Virus record (IMG/VR): IMGVR_UViG_3300020045_001232
Span: 1-47,923 of that record
Length of the DNA stretch: 47,923 nucleotides
Direction: 5' to 3' (one strand)
DNA from: a virus
Taxonomy: Duplodnaviria; Caudoviricetes
Shown here: positions 37,973 to 46,751 of the stretch, in pieces
Numbering within the stretch: the stretch's first letter is position 1
How the letters are laid out: each line of letters starts with the position of its first letter
Program-made: the position numbers and the translations under genes
The notes under the pieces: generated by a model
What the model saw: only the letters and a program-made list of their open reading frames with translations
What the model was told of the DNA's origin: nothing
The model's database searches: none

Positions 37973-38762
37973 TCGTTCGAAACTCCATAATTTTCTTGTA
38001 AAAGAAATTTGTAGTTATTGTTGGATAATTACTTGCATTTTCACGTAGATAGGCACCATATTTTAAGAGATAGAACAAACCAGATGCTCCATGTCCTATA
38101 TCCAAGGCAAAATTAGTACTTGCACCAGTAATATGATATTTTTTTGAGGGTTTTTTAGTTAATTCCCTTGGGTTTTGGTAGAAATAGTTATATGTCTCTT
38201 TATCTAATGTTGTCATACTATAAAAATATCTTGTTTCATTACATAGGTTCCAATCTTTTGAGATAAGCACTTTAGTAAGATCTTTTGGGTTATATTTAAC
38301 ATAACCACATAAACGAACAAGACTAAGATAGAAAGAAAGGGCACATGTGTTCTTTGTCCACATACTACTACCAGTAATTACTACAATTTTTAGCGTTGTA
38401 GGTTCTGCTAATTCCACTGGTGTCACTGTAGTTTTAGTGAAATGATGTAGTTTTTCATAAACATTCAGACATTCTTTAACATTTGTTAGAAATGTCTCAT
38501 ATACTACATCATTTGGAAAAACAATATAATAACAATTACTTTCCCATTGTTCTGTTTCCCATTCACCTTTCATTGCCAGATGACTACGACGGTATTTAAG
38601 ATCGATTAGATAATCTTTACAAGTTGTAAAATAACTAACTGTGTCGTAATTGTTGGCATTTTTACATGCTTTCCCCCAAAGCCATTGTCCAGGATTTTGC
38701 ATAAGCAGTAGATCTGTGGGTTGTGAGGTTTTGTTTGGGACAAAATTAAGCTTGACAGACAT
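37965..38762 (-). CDS. Hypothetical protein at the end of the ligase cluster
   Basis: 265-aa AT-rich ORF with CKDYL-x-D motif, overlapping both neighbours. Confidence 0.7.
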   Translation of the reverse strand: MSVKLNFVPNKTSQPTDLLLMQNPGQWLWGKACKNANNYDTVSYFTTCKDYLIDLKYRRSHLAMKGEWETEQWESNCYYIVFPNDVVYETFLTNVKECLNVYEKLHHFTKTTVTPVELAEPTTLKIVVITGSSMWTKNTCALSFYLSLVRLCGYVKYNPKDLTKVLISKDWNLCNETRYFYSMTTLDKETYNYFYQNPRELTKKPSKKYHITGASTNFALDIGHGASGLFYLLKYGAYLRENASNYPTITTNFFYKKIMEFRTNV

Positions 38763-39498
38763 TTTTGATTCCTTTTACATAGTTTGTAAGGGTTGTCCCT
38801 TCAAGTCCGGGAGCAGTGTTTACTTCTAAGACGTAGTATGAGTTGTAATATTGATTAAATATGAGATCCACAGCACCAAAATCAAGGTCCAGAGCATTAA
38901 CTGCGGCAATGGCAATATCTTTTGCTTGATCTGTTGGAGTATAATCATCCCGACAATATACCCAGCCAGTGTGAGCATTACGAATAAGGTTATTAGCATC
39001 TGTTTCTCCCTGTCGTTTGCGTTTGATTTGTGCATCGATGACCGACCCATTCATTACATGAATCCGACATTCAAACGTCTTCTTCATATATTTCGTGTAA
39101 AGCCTTACATCGGGCAGTGGCTGGCCTTTCTCATGCGTGGTGATACCCTGACCACTGTGCCCTGTCAGTGTGGCTCTGGCGACAGCCATAGGCCATGCAG
39201 CGGCCACTTCTTTGCTTGTAGTCCATTCAACGGTACGAATATTATGTTCCCATAGGCGTTGGAAGGCTAAGAGTTTATCTTGTGCAATATCTCGTGTGCT
39301 ATTCATCTCAACACCACGATTTGTTTGTACACTATTTGTTCCACCGTAGTAGATGAGTAGATCTGTCTTGCGAGTTGGTCGTGTACTGTTTGCCATACGA
39401 CGGATACATGGAATACCAGCATCAATCAGGGCATCTTTGAGTGCTTTGCAAGCAGCACTTCCCATCTTGTATGGGACAAGGATTACTCGATTATACAT
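38746..39498 (-). CDS. ATP-grasp ligase (RimK-like; start re-called)
   Basis: DK, GHSG-x-GI, E-x-R-x-HV, IRN, LDFGAVD, VLEVNTAPG. Confidence 0.9.
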   Translation of the reverse strand: MYNRVILVPYKMGSAACKALKDALIDAGIPCIRRMANSTRPTRKTDLLIYYGGTNSVQTNRGVEMNSTRDIAQDKLLAFQRLWEHNIRTVEWTTSKEVAAAWPMAVARATLTGHSGQGITTHEKGQPLPDVRLYTKYMKKTFECRIHVMNGSVIDAQIKRKRQGETDANNLIRNAHTGWVYCRDDYTPTDQAKDIAIAAVNALDLDFGAVDLIFNQYYNSYYVLEVNTAPGLEGTTLTNYVKGIKNVCQA

Positions 39499-40765
39499 GT
39501 TTATGTTTTCCTGAGCAGGTTGGACATAGGGCAATGACTTGGTAATTGTCAATTAAGATTTCGCATTCTGTTAGGGTGTTCCATGTAATCTTATTTGTAC
39601 ACAGATCACATGCACATGGGAACCTTTCATCCATCCACATCTCATACGATACATCATAGTTGTTGATGGTAGTTCGTTCGTCTTGTTCGGCAATATCACT
39701 AAGATAGATGGTGAGATATTTCTCTCGTTGTAAGATGTTAGTGACTTTGCCTGAGATGATCTGGGTAAGATCAAGCTCATCAAAGAGGGTCTTATTCAGA
39801 AAGATGATAATCTTTAAGAAGTCCCTGTCCGTATTTAACATTTGACATTTAAGATTGTATGCATTAGTACCAATGATATCATATGCATCCACTTTAACTA
39901 GTATTCTATCACCACGATGAATCTTGTCTAGTGCTTGATCCATTGAATGGATATCATTGTGTGTAAGGAAATAACTGTTTGGCGCGTCATTCAATTGCGG
40001 GTTAGTATGCATCTCCCCAGTAGTCGTACAAACCGTTGGAAACTGAATAGGGGTAACTTTTTTTTTAGGTTCAATGGTACGTAACTCAACTAACTTTCTA
40101 TCTTCCAATGAGATGGAATACAAAGTCATTGGTTTTAGATCAATACATGATGTGATTGTACCACCATTGCGCTTAGCAATCCAATAGGCCAGGGAATCTT
40201 CTGATGCAACTAGAAACGTTGATGTGGTTTCAAGGATATACAGTGGACGTTGTGCATTGCGAATGAAATACATGGTCTTATCTGTGACATCATACCAAAT
40301 GAAAGCAAAAGCCCCGGTGATGTCTCCGATTACATCGTCGACGTTGCCAACACCAAGGGCATTAGCAATAGCTGCGGAATCTACTGTAGATTTAGAACAG
40401 AACTCTTTATAGTTTCCAATCATTCCGTTGTGGACAAGACAGATATCCTCGTTCTCATCCCAGAAGGGATGGGCATCTGCGTGTTTCTTTTCCCCGTGAG
40501 TTGCTTTACGGTTATGTCCAATCACCATTTGATACTCTTGGAACATACGAGAATTAAATGTTTTGTATTGTGGTGTGTTTACAAAGTGTCCAGCAGCCGA
40601 TGCTTGTTTCTTGATTTCGACATTACCAATTTTAGTAATACCAAAAACACCTGTTGCATCCCAACCACGAATAGCGTCGGCATAGAGCATCTGTTGAAAA
40701 ATATCAGCATCCTTATTATTGAATCCTGATTTATATTTTGAGATCATACCGACGATGCCACACAT
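39491..40765 (-). CDS. Class II (Ntn) glutamine amidotransferase with C-terminal zinc ribbon
   Basis: MCGIVG, RG-x-D-x-TG, GHNR-x-AT-x-G, HPF, HNG, VDS, RN-x-x-RPL, ASE; terminal CDLC...CPTC. Confidence 0.92.
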   Translation of the reverse strand: MCGIVGMISKYKSGFNNKDADIFQQMLYADAIRGWDATGVFGITKIGNVEIKKQASAAGHFVNTPQYKTFNSRMFQEYQMVIGHNRKATHGEKKHADAHPFWDENEDICLVHNGMIGNYKEFCSKSTVDSAAIANALGVGNVDDVIGDITGAFAFIWYDVTDKTMYFIRNAQRPLYILETTSTFLVASEDSLAYWIAKRNGGTITSCIDLKPMTLYSISLEDRKLVELRTIEPKKKVTPIQFPTVCTTTGEMHTNPQLNDAPNSYFLTHNDIHSMDQALDKIHRGDRILVKVDAYDIIGTNAYNLKCQMLNTDRDFLKIIIFLNKTLFDELDLTQIISGKVTNILQREKYLTIYLSDIAEQDERTTINNYDVSYEMWMDERFPCACDLCTNKITWNTLTECEILIDNYQVIALCPTCSGKHKHV

Positions 40766-40766
40766 A

Positions 40767-41783
40767 TTAAAACTCCATTCGTTCTTGTGGTGTTGTGACT
40801 GCTCTTACCATTGTTTGTTCTAGTTCTTGCCATAGTCGGCGCGCTCCGGGTCCTGGAATTGGCCTAGGTTCTGGATCAAATCTGAGGCGTATCTCTTCTT
40901 GTATTTCTCTGTTGATTGTTGCTAATTTAATGTAACTGATAGCATTTTCCATCTTCTCTTGTACTGTATGTTTCTTTGGGATAAGATGTGTGCTTAATGT
41001 ACCAAAAACATCAAACAGAAAAGCTTCGTATTCTGATGTTGAATTAAGATTTTGTAATGTATAAATTAATTGAGTGATATTTTGTTGTTTTGCATACAGC
41101 TTTATACAGGAAAGTAGATTAATCCACGTCATGATTCGTTGACTGTTTGCTGTCCCTTCCATGTGTCGGAATTCTACTGTACCTTTACATTCCATTGGGT
41201 GGAAGTTTAATGCTGTGTATTTATTCCAGCGATCTACAACTCTACGTGGATTTTCTGTGAAATCTCTATACATATTTACATAATCTGTGTCTGTAAGTCT
41301 TACACAGAACACATTATTAGTGCGTGTTTCTCCTGCCCAATCAAACAACAATTCTTCTACTGCTGTATAAGTTAACAACAGATTGGTGATGTGTTCAATA
41401 GAAAGATCCCGGACATTCATATGTACATGCACGGAAGTTCGTGGTGAGAAGTCTGCATCTTTGGGCAATGATGTATTTAATTGATGCAGAGCAGCCTCAA
41501 TTTGCGTACATTTTAATGGGATAGATACAAATTCTACACCATTATTACGCAAGCTATTATCTACTGTGATATCCCAGTATGGACGATATTCATGTGCGAT
41601 GGTGGGATTTGGTACATTCTCTACTTCAACTTCAATACCAAAGATGAATGCACGTTGTACAAAATCATATTTATTTTTGAATGTTGCATCTTGTGCTACA
41701 TACAATTTTTCTCGACTTGCTTGCCCCAGTGTAGGAAGATCAAAGAAGGAACTGATGCGAGCTTTGTTTACTTTAAATTCCAT
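40767..41783 (-). CDS. Putative amidoligase (COOH-NH2 ligase superfamily)
   Basis: GIEVEVE, D-x-SLR, EFVS, RTSVHVH, KY-x-ALN, GTVEFRH. Confidence 0.88.
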   Translation of the reverse strand: MEFKVNKARISSFFDLPTLGQASREKLYVAQDATFKNKYDFVQRAFIFGIEVEVENVPNPTIAHEYRPYWDITVDNSLRNNGVEFVSIPLKCTQIEAALHQLNTSLPKDADFSPRTSVHVHMNVRDLSIEHITNLLLTYTAVEELLFDWAGETRTNNVFCVRLTDTDYVNMYRDFTENPRRVVDRWNKYTALNFHPMECKGTVEFRHMEGTANSQRIMTWINLLSCIKLYAKQQNITQLIYTLQNLNSTSEYEAFLFDVFGTLSTHLIPKKHTVQEKMENAISYIKLATINREIQEEIRLRFDPEPRPIPGPGARRLWQELEQTMVRAVTTPQERMEF

Positions 41784-42403
41784 GTTTGAACTCCTGTGTA
41801 TTTAAGCAAATCTTGGATCTCTTGTAAGAAGATTGGTTGTACTACTGTGATTGTACGTAGATTAAAATCCAATCTTCCTACAACATACTGTCGATATAGA
41901 AGATTGATATTACTTTGTTCATCTTGTTGTATTGCAAACTTCTTACTAACTGCAACAAAAGAGAAGATCTTTTTTGAGATTTCATCTAAATGTGCATAGG
42001 ATGGATGTAGTGCTTCTACTGCTAATGCTTTCCAACGAGGATCAGTATTGTATCGTCCTGGTAAGGTTGGAGTAACATAGATGCTAGTACAAAAACTACG
42101 TTTCCATTGTTTCTGTGGTACTTTATACAAATACATTGGAATGCCTTGTACGTTGTAATACCCCACTCCTGGAAGGAATGGAGTAATATTTACGTCACTT
42201 TGTTTTGTATAGATGGTTGTGTTGTCTGTTAGTACATCACGGAAATGGTAGCTATTTGCATCACATCCGATGAAGAAGACGATTCGTGGTTTGTTATCAA
42301 CAACATCAACCATGTATGTATTTGTATAGCGTTTGTCGAAGTCTGTTCGGATGCCTTCATGCCCTTCAGGCAAGTCCGTGAGTTTGGCTAACCAGTTCGT
42401 CAT
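41768..42403 (-). CDS. Hypothetical protein within the ligase cluster (start re-called)
   Basis: GYYN...P-x-KQWKR motif; AGG RBS before MTNWL. Confidence 0.65.
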   Translation of the reverse strand: MTNWLAKLTDLPEGHEGIRTDFDKRYTNTYMVDVVDNKPRIVFFIGCDANSYHFRDVLTDNTTIYTKQSDVNITPFLPGVGYYNVQGIPMYLYKVPQKQWKRSFCTSIYVTPTLPGRYNTDPRWKALAVEALHPSYAHLDEISKKIFSFVAVSKKFAIQQDEQSNINLLYRQYVVGRLDFNLRTITVVQPIFLQEIQDLLKYTGVQTWNLK

Positions 42404-43130
42404 ATGCCTTCCTGTCATTGTTGTTGATACATTGTTGAATGAGATGACCGACCTCATCACTTACCTTATTCCCAGCGGCCACAAATTCTACAGCCTTTTG
42501 GGTTTGTTCATATACCCATTGAATCATCTTGGGGGAGAAGATCCAGAAGTTACTGAGGGTACGATACTCACACCCATACTCTTTGATGCGATGGCATCCG
42601 GCCTTGCCATACAACTGGCGTCGGGCCAATGCTTGCGGTGTGCAGTCAAGGACAGTGGAGGGAACACCAAGAAACAGATCCATTGCACGGATGACTTCAA
42701 TTGGATCTTCTGTAGTACCCACATGTACATGACCACCAGCAGAGCGAAGCGTGGCATCTTCCGCCTTGGGGCTTGGGTTGATCTCTTTAGTCCAGGCATT
42801 GTAGTCTGGCATACATCCAAACTCTAGTGCTTGTGGATGATCCAACTCTTTTGGATCAAATGACACCGATGAGTCTTGACTGAACTCATGTTCAGGCAAT
42901 ACTTGCTTGAGGTTGTCCATCACATAAGCAATAGCATTGATGAATTCCTCGTGGTTGTGACAAGGTGCAATGTTGAATTCAACACTGACATTATCTTCCA
43001 AGATAGCGAAGCCCGCTTTCTCAAGGGGGCGTGGGAAATCCTTACTACCTCCGATCAAGCCAACAGCCGAGACGTGTTGCTTGTTGAGTTTCAGGAAGAA
43101 CTCTGGGTCAGCACCGATGCTAAAGCTCAT
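42366..43130 (-). CDS. phiEco32-like COOH-NH2 ligase type 2
   Basis: IGADPEFF, GG-x-K-x-x-P, EDNV-x-x-EFN, FGC-x-PD, RSAGGH-x-H-x-G, RR-x-LYGKAG, EYRTLSNFW. Confidence 0.92.
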   Translation of the reverse strand: MSFSIGADPEFFLKLNKQHVSAVGLIGGSKDFPRPLEKAGFAILEDNVSVEFNIAPCHNHEEFINAIAYVMDNLKQVLPEHEFSQDSSVSFDPKELDHPQALEFGCMPDYNAWTKEINPSPKAEDATLRSAGGHVHVGTTEDPIEVIRAMDLFLGVPSTVLDCTPQALARRQLYGKAGCHRIKEYGCEYRTLSNFWIFSPKMIQWVYEQTQKAVEFVAAGNKVSDEVGHLIQQCINNNDRKAYDELVSQTHGLA

Positions 43131-43135
43131 GATGT

Positions 43136-43771
43136 TTAATCCTTATATAGAAAGTCTTGAATAAGTTTAGTACAATACTTTTGAAAGTTTGTACCTGGTA
43201 CCCATTCGGGATGCCCTTGAATTCCAAGGGCGTTTAGTTTTGTGAAGTGTACAACTTCCGGTACAACAGAGACATGAAATTCTTTATCGTCTTCTGCGTA
43301 TGCGTTAATTGTACGTGATTTATCTACGGCTACGACTGTGTTGTATTTATTAGGCACCATCATTTGGTGATGACAGGAATTAGTATGTAGTTCTTCGTTG
43401 GTACGAGTATCTACAATACTATGTCCATTCCCTGCTGTATGTCCTAGGATGTGTTGAACAAGTGATCCGCCGTCCATGGCGCACAACATCTGCGCACCAC
43501 GACAAATGCCAACGATGGGCAAGCCCATCTTAACAGCACGATCAATCAATCGCATCTCTAGTACATCTCGACGACTGGGTTTGTCGTCTGCTCTACACCA
43601 CGAATTGCTTGGTTGATTATAAATAGCAGGTGAGATATCCTCACCCCCATGGAGAAGTAGCACTCCATTGGGGACGAGATCATCTGCTGACTGAACTGAA
43701 CGCACATCACCAATCAATTTGAATGGGTCATGCATACAGTTATAATGGGCAGAGAATAAGATACGTTTCAT
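43136..43771 (-). CDS. Class I glutamine amidotransferase / peptidase C26 (PuuD-like)
   Basis: GGEDI-x-P-x-x-Y, RD-x-x-E, GICRGAQ, NS-x-HHQ, Q-x-HPE. Confidence 0.9.
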   Translation of the reverse strand: MKRILFSAHYNCMHDPFKLIGDVRSVQSADDLVPNGVLLLHGGEDISPAIYNQPSNSWCRADDKPSRRDVLEMRLIDRAVKMGLPIVGICRGAQMLCAMDGGSLVQHILGHTAGNGHSIVDTRTNEELHTNSCHHQMMVPNKYNTVVAVDKSRTINAYAEDDKEFHVSVVPEVVHFTKLNALGIQGHPEWVPGTNFQKYCTKLIQDFLYKD

Positions 43772-43928
43772 TTGTTGTAACGTTTTGCCAGGAAATGTTG
43801 GATGTTACTGGGAACTTCTACTCCTGCTACTTGCACTGCCTTGTTGCCACGAATGGCAAAGCGTGCCCAATTGTCCCAACCAATGTTGAAGAAGATGTCA
43901 AATAGGTTGTTGTTGATGTGAATAACTT

Positions 43929-44354
43929 TCATTCTGCACTTCCTTCTGTAATTTCTACGAGTTTAATTTCATCTTCGTTGTATGCGATGGATGTATAGTC
44001 ATTATTGTGTCGCATAATGTACATCACATTCGGTTTTGCATCTGTATAAAATGCAATACCATGCATAGGGCATTCCAAGAATCTACCTATCTTTCCTGGG
44101 ACACCATACTTTGTAACAATTTCTACGCCGGCATCAAAGCCCCGAGCCTTCAAATCTTTGATGTATGCGTCGTACTTTTCCTTACTATAAAACTGCTGGC
44201 CGTTTGGTACTGTTACCAGAGCAGATCGTTGGAAGGTTTGGGGAGTATGTGTGTAAGCTGGAATTACTTTTGTTTCATATCGGTTGATTGAATGTTCAAT
44301 CATATCTGTTGTATCCAATTGGATAACTTGTTGGCGTTTCCATTTACGTGCCAT
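43929..44354 (-). CDS. Hypothetical protein
   Basis: 141-aa ORF in the early operon. Confidence 0.65.
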   Translation of the reverse strand: MARKWKRQQVIQLDTTDMIEHSINRYETKVIPAYTHTPQTFQRSALVTVPNGQQFYSKEKYDAYIKDLKARGFDAGVEIVTKYGVPGKIGRFLECPMHGIAFYTDAKPNVMYIMRHNNDYTSIAYNEDEIKLVEITEGSAE

Positions 44355-44359
44355 AAGAG

Positions 44360-44461
44360 CTATCGATAATCGAAGGGGATGTACTCACTATCCCAGTTGC
44401 CGTTGTCCCATGTAGCACAGCCAGATAGGGCTAAGATGATACAGATTAGGAGAGGTTTCAT
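44360..44461 (-). CDS. 33-aa lipoprotein (not in the ORF track)
   Basis: MKPLLICIILALSGC-ATWDNGNWDSEYIPFDYR: basic start, hydrophobic core, lipobox LSGC; ATGA-coupled. Confidence 0.7.
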   Translation of the reverse strand: MKPLLICIILALSGCATWDNGNWDSEYIPFDYR

Positions 44462-44667
44462 TTCTTTTTCGCTATTAATTTAAGAGAAGCACGTGGAAAG
44501 GCATAGATACCATTAGATAGCCGGTATCCATATCCGGTATCTAGTCTGGTTACTGTATAGACATTTCTAACAAGTTCATTCATACTATCTACCCAGCTAT
44601 TACCCCAGTTCTTTGCTTTCTTTACTTTACGATAGATTAGTACCTTATCTCCAATTTGTAGGCTCAC
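44458..44667 (-). CDS. Small SH3/KOW-like hypothetical protein
   Basis: IGDKV...W-x-x-x-M...F-x-x-x-x-L pattern. Confidence 0.6.
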   Translation of the reverse strand: MSLQIGDKVLIYRKVKKAKNWGNSWVDSMNELVRNVYTVTRLDTGYGYRLSNGIYAFPRASLKLIAKKK

Positions 44668-44933
44668 GTTAATACTCCTTTTTTATAATACAACTTTTTT
44701 GATTGAAGGGATTCTTTTGTGTAAACACAGAGGACATCGTTGCCATCCGTCATTGCTTGTACTAAAGTCTCTTCGGAAGGACACACGATAGTCTTTGTAT
44801 TATATTCTTTGTATTTTGTGGCAGATACTACTGCGATTACAGAAAAGAGGACGAAAGAACAGAAAAGTTTGAGGATTTCAAGCATGGCGGTAGATGGAAT
44901 GTTTGGTTTCAAAGCCATTATGATCAATTGCAA
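44664..44933 (-). CDS. Membrane-anchored or exported small protein (start probably MLEIL)
   Basis: Hydrophobic N-terminal helix followed by a two-Cys domain. Confidence 0.55.
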   Translation of the reverse strand: MQLIIMALKPNIPSTAMLEILKLFCSFVLFSVIAVVSATKYKEYNTKTIVCPSEETLVQAMTDGNDVLCVYTKESLQSKKLYYKKGVLT

Positions 44934-45063
44934 TCACTTTGGAGGTGATAATTGCCCTGTTGTTGGAGCACGTGGGGTGATCAACTGGTTTACAGATTGT
45001 TGCTGGAACATCTTCACGAATGAAGTCATACTTTGATGGAATGTAATGTACGATAGGTTTCAT
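44878..45063 (-). CDS. Hypothetical protein
   Basis: P-x-DHP...TS-x-V...FET-x-x-S-x-Y motif; AGGA RBS. Confidence 0.65.
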   Translation of the reverse strand: MKPIVHYIPSKYDFIREDVPATICKPVDHPTCSNNRAIITSKVIAIDHNGFETKHSIYRHA

Positions 45064-45329
45064 TGTATTTCCTAGGTAAAGATGAGTAGATAGATGAGTA
45101 GTAATAATACTACCCAGAGGATGTTGATGAGGATTAGCATGACCGACCTTTAACTAAAAGCCGTGTTACGTACGTATTGTATGGTTAATGCCATAAGGCA
45201 TACTGAGGTACAGATACTAATAGCTGCTACAAGTAGTGCTAAACAGAGGTTCATTACTTTTAAATACATGGTGCGACCCCTCATATCAAGGGTTGTAGGG
45301 ATTGCCGGTATTTATTTGTCGCTATTGTA

Positions 45330-45512
45330 TTACTTCTTGGTGATTACCTGGGCGGGTACGATGGTAATCTTCATGTGGATTTCATCTGAGATTGTATAGA
45401 AGGCACAATCCTCGAAGATTGTCGCAATACTCTCTTGCAGATTGTCGAAAGCCTCTTGTGCTGTTCTACCCATTGCTGCATGTTGTGTCTCATTACTATA
45501 ACATATATACAT
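45330..45512 (-). CDS. Hypothetical protein
   Basis: AGGAG RBS; G-x-T-x-x-EA motif. Confidence 0.6.
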   Translation of the reverse strand: MYICYSNETQHAAMGRTAQEAFDNLQESIATIFEDCAFYTISDEIHMKITIVPAQVITKK

Positions 45513-45695
45513 AATGTTCTCCTAAGATGTTTGATGATACCAAGTATATTCTATGTCTGTTGACATTTCTTTCGTTGTTTGTTACAGTATCGTCCATATA
45601 GACTATAGTAATAGTCTTTTGGGTATTGGATACCATCTTTTTTGATTTGTTTTGCTTTCCATTCATGAAAGGGTAGCATAAAGATCTTTCTTGTT

Positions 45696-45780
45696 TGGTG
45701 CGGGTAGTCGGACTCGAACCGACAAGGCTATCGCCGGCAGATTTTAAGTCTGCTATGTTTACCAATTTCACCATACCCGC
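45696..45780 (-). tRNA. tRNA-Leu(UAA)
   Basis: GCGGGTA/TACCCGC acceptor, GCAGA-CTTAAAA-TCTGC anticodon arm, long variable arm, GTTCGA, encoded CCA. Confidence 0.93.
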
Positions 45781-45790
45781 ATATATTCTT

Positions 45791-45864
45791 TGGTGCCAGA
45801 TAACAGAGTCGAACTGTTGTCGGTGGGTTACAAATCCACTGCTCTGCCATTGAGCTAATCCGGC
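45791..45864 (-). tRNA. tRNA-Thr(UGU)
   Basis: GCCGGAT/ATCTGGC acceptor, loop TTTGTAA, GTTCGA, CCA; one A-C mismatch in the anticodon stem. Confidence 0.88.
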
Positions 45865-45866
45865 TG

Positions 45867-45942
45867 TGGTGGGTGCCGTGAGGTTCGAACTCACTGCCTG
45901 TCGATTATGAGCCGACTGCTCATCCATATGAGCTTGACACCC
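45867..45942 (-). tRNA. tRNA with CAU anticodon (elongator Met or lysidine-modified Ile2)
   Basis: GGGTGTC/GGCACCC acceptor, GTCGG-CTCATAA-TCGAC arm, GTTCGA, CCA; lacks initiator features. Confidence 0.88.
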
Positions 45943-46137
45943 AGCACATCCTCATGATATAGAGGATGTGGTGTTTCCAATCTTAAATGATTTATATGAT
46001 TGTCACGTCTTATCCGGGTACGCGCCGTTCGTACTAAATCATGTTGTTCCCCTTTCTATGACCGACCTAGTATTTATCACGAGATAAATACTTATTGTTT
46101 GATGTGTGCACGCAATCCGAGTTGGAACATCGGATGC

Positions 46138-46329
46138 TTACGGTAGGTTTCGGGTTCCAATTTCTCTCTCAGTTGGCGCTTCATGTGGTCTGACAATTCT
46201 TTGTTCGGGTTGACGTGGACGATTTGGTTGCTGGAATTGAGCAGCATGTAATTCTCCTTGGATTGGATACTTTGAGATGCTTGGTTGTTGGTAAAGCATC
46301 CAGTTGAGATGACTGGTTGCGAAAGTCAT
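46138..46329 (-). CDS. Hypothetical protein
   Basis: 63-aa ORF starting right after the upstream stop. Confidence 0.45.
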   Translation of the reverse strand: MTFATSHLNWMLYQQPSISKYPIQGELHAAQFQQPNRPRQPEQRIVRPHEAPTEREIGTRNLP

Positions 46330-46330
46330 G

Positions 46331-46624
46331 CTAGTAATACACCTTATCAGTTAGCCATTTGATAAATGACTGGCGATTTTCTACCCATTGTTCTGTACAT
46401 CCACTGTTGGTATTTAATGTTGCTGTTCCGCTCGTGTATTGATACACACGATACCATGGTTGTGGGGGTTTGATACGATATCGGCTGGGTTTTTCTGTGA
46501 ATCCCAGATCGGACAGTATGCACCATTCTGGTTTGTTATCCTTTCCAACATTCGTTTGTATCTCTTCGTTGTTAGCGAATGCTGTGATGATTGGAAGGAG
46601 TTCTTTTGCTTGTTGTGGGGTCAT
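46331..46624 (-). CDS. Hypothetical early protein (paralog A)
   Basis: I-x-AFA...EIQ...W...YRIKP...WYRVYQY. Confidence 0.75.
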   Translation of the reverse strand: MTPQQAKELLPIITAFANNEEIQTNVGKDNKPEWCILSDLGFTEKPSRYRIKPPQPWYRVYQYTSGTATLNTNSGCTEQWVENRQSFIKWLTDKVYY

Positions 46625-46628
46625 GATG

Positions 46629-46751
46629 TCACCAGTATTTGAAAAGAAAGTGAAAGAGGATGTATCCGCCTGTTCCGATTAGTGTTGCCCAGCAAAGTAG
46701 GAGGATAATACCAATCATTTTGTATAGGGTAAAAGCTTGTTGATGTTTCAT
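46629..46751 (-). CDS. 40-aa prepilin-like membrane peptide (not in the ORF track)
   Basis: MKHQQAFTLYKMIGIILLLCWATLIGTGGYILFHFLFKYW; TAAGGA RBS. Confidence 0.7.
   Translation of the reverse strand: MKHQQAFTLYKMIGIILLLCWATLIGTGGYILFHFLFKYW

Noticed and set aside
37965-43771. DNA hypermodification pathway as the role of the ligase cluster
   Set aside because: No base-modifying partners (hydroxymethylase, Que/Dpd, PurZ, glycosyltransferase) were recognised. It is not excluded, but nothing in the sequence supports it.
45496-45927. 143-aa ORF from the track
   Set aside because: It runs through three clear tRNA genes, so it is spurious.
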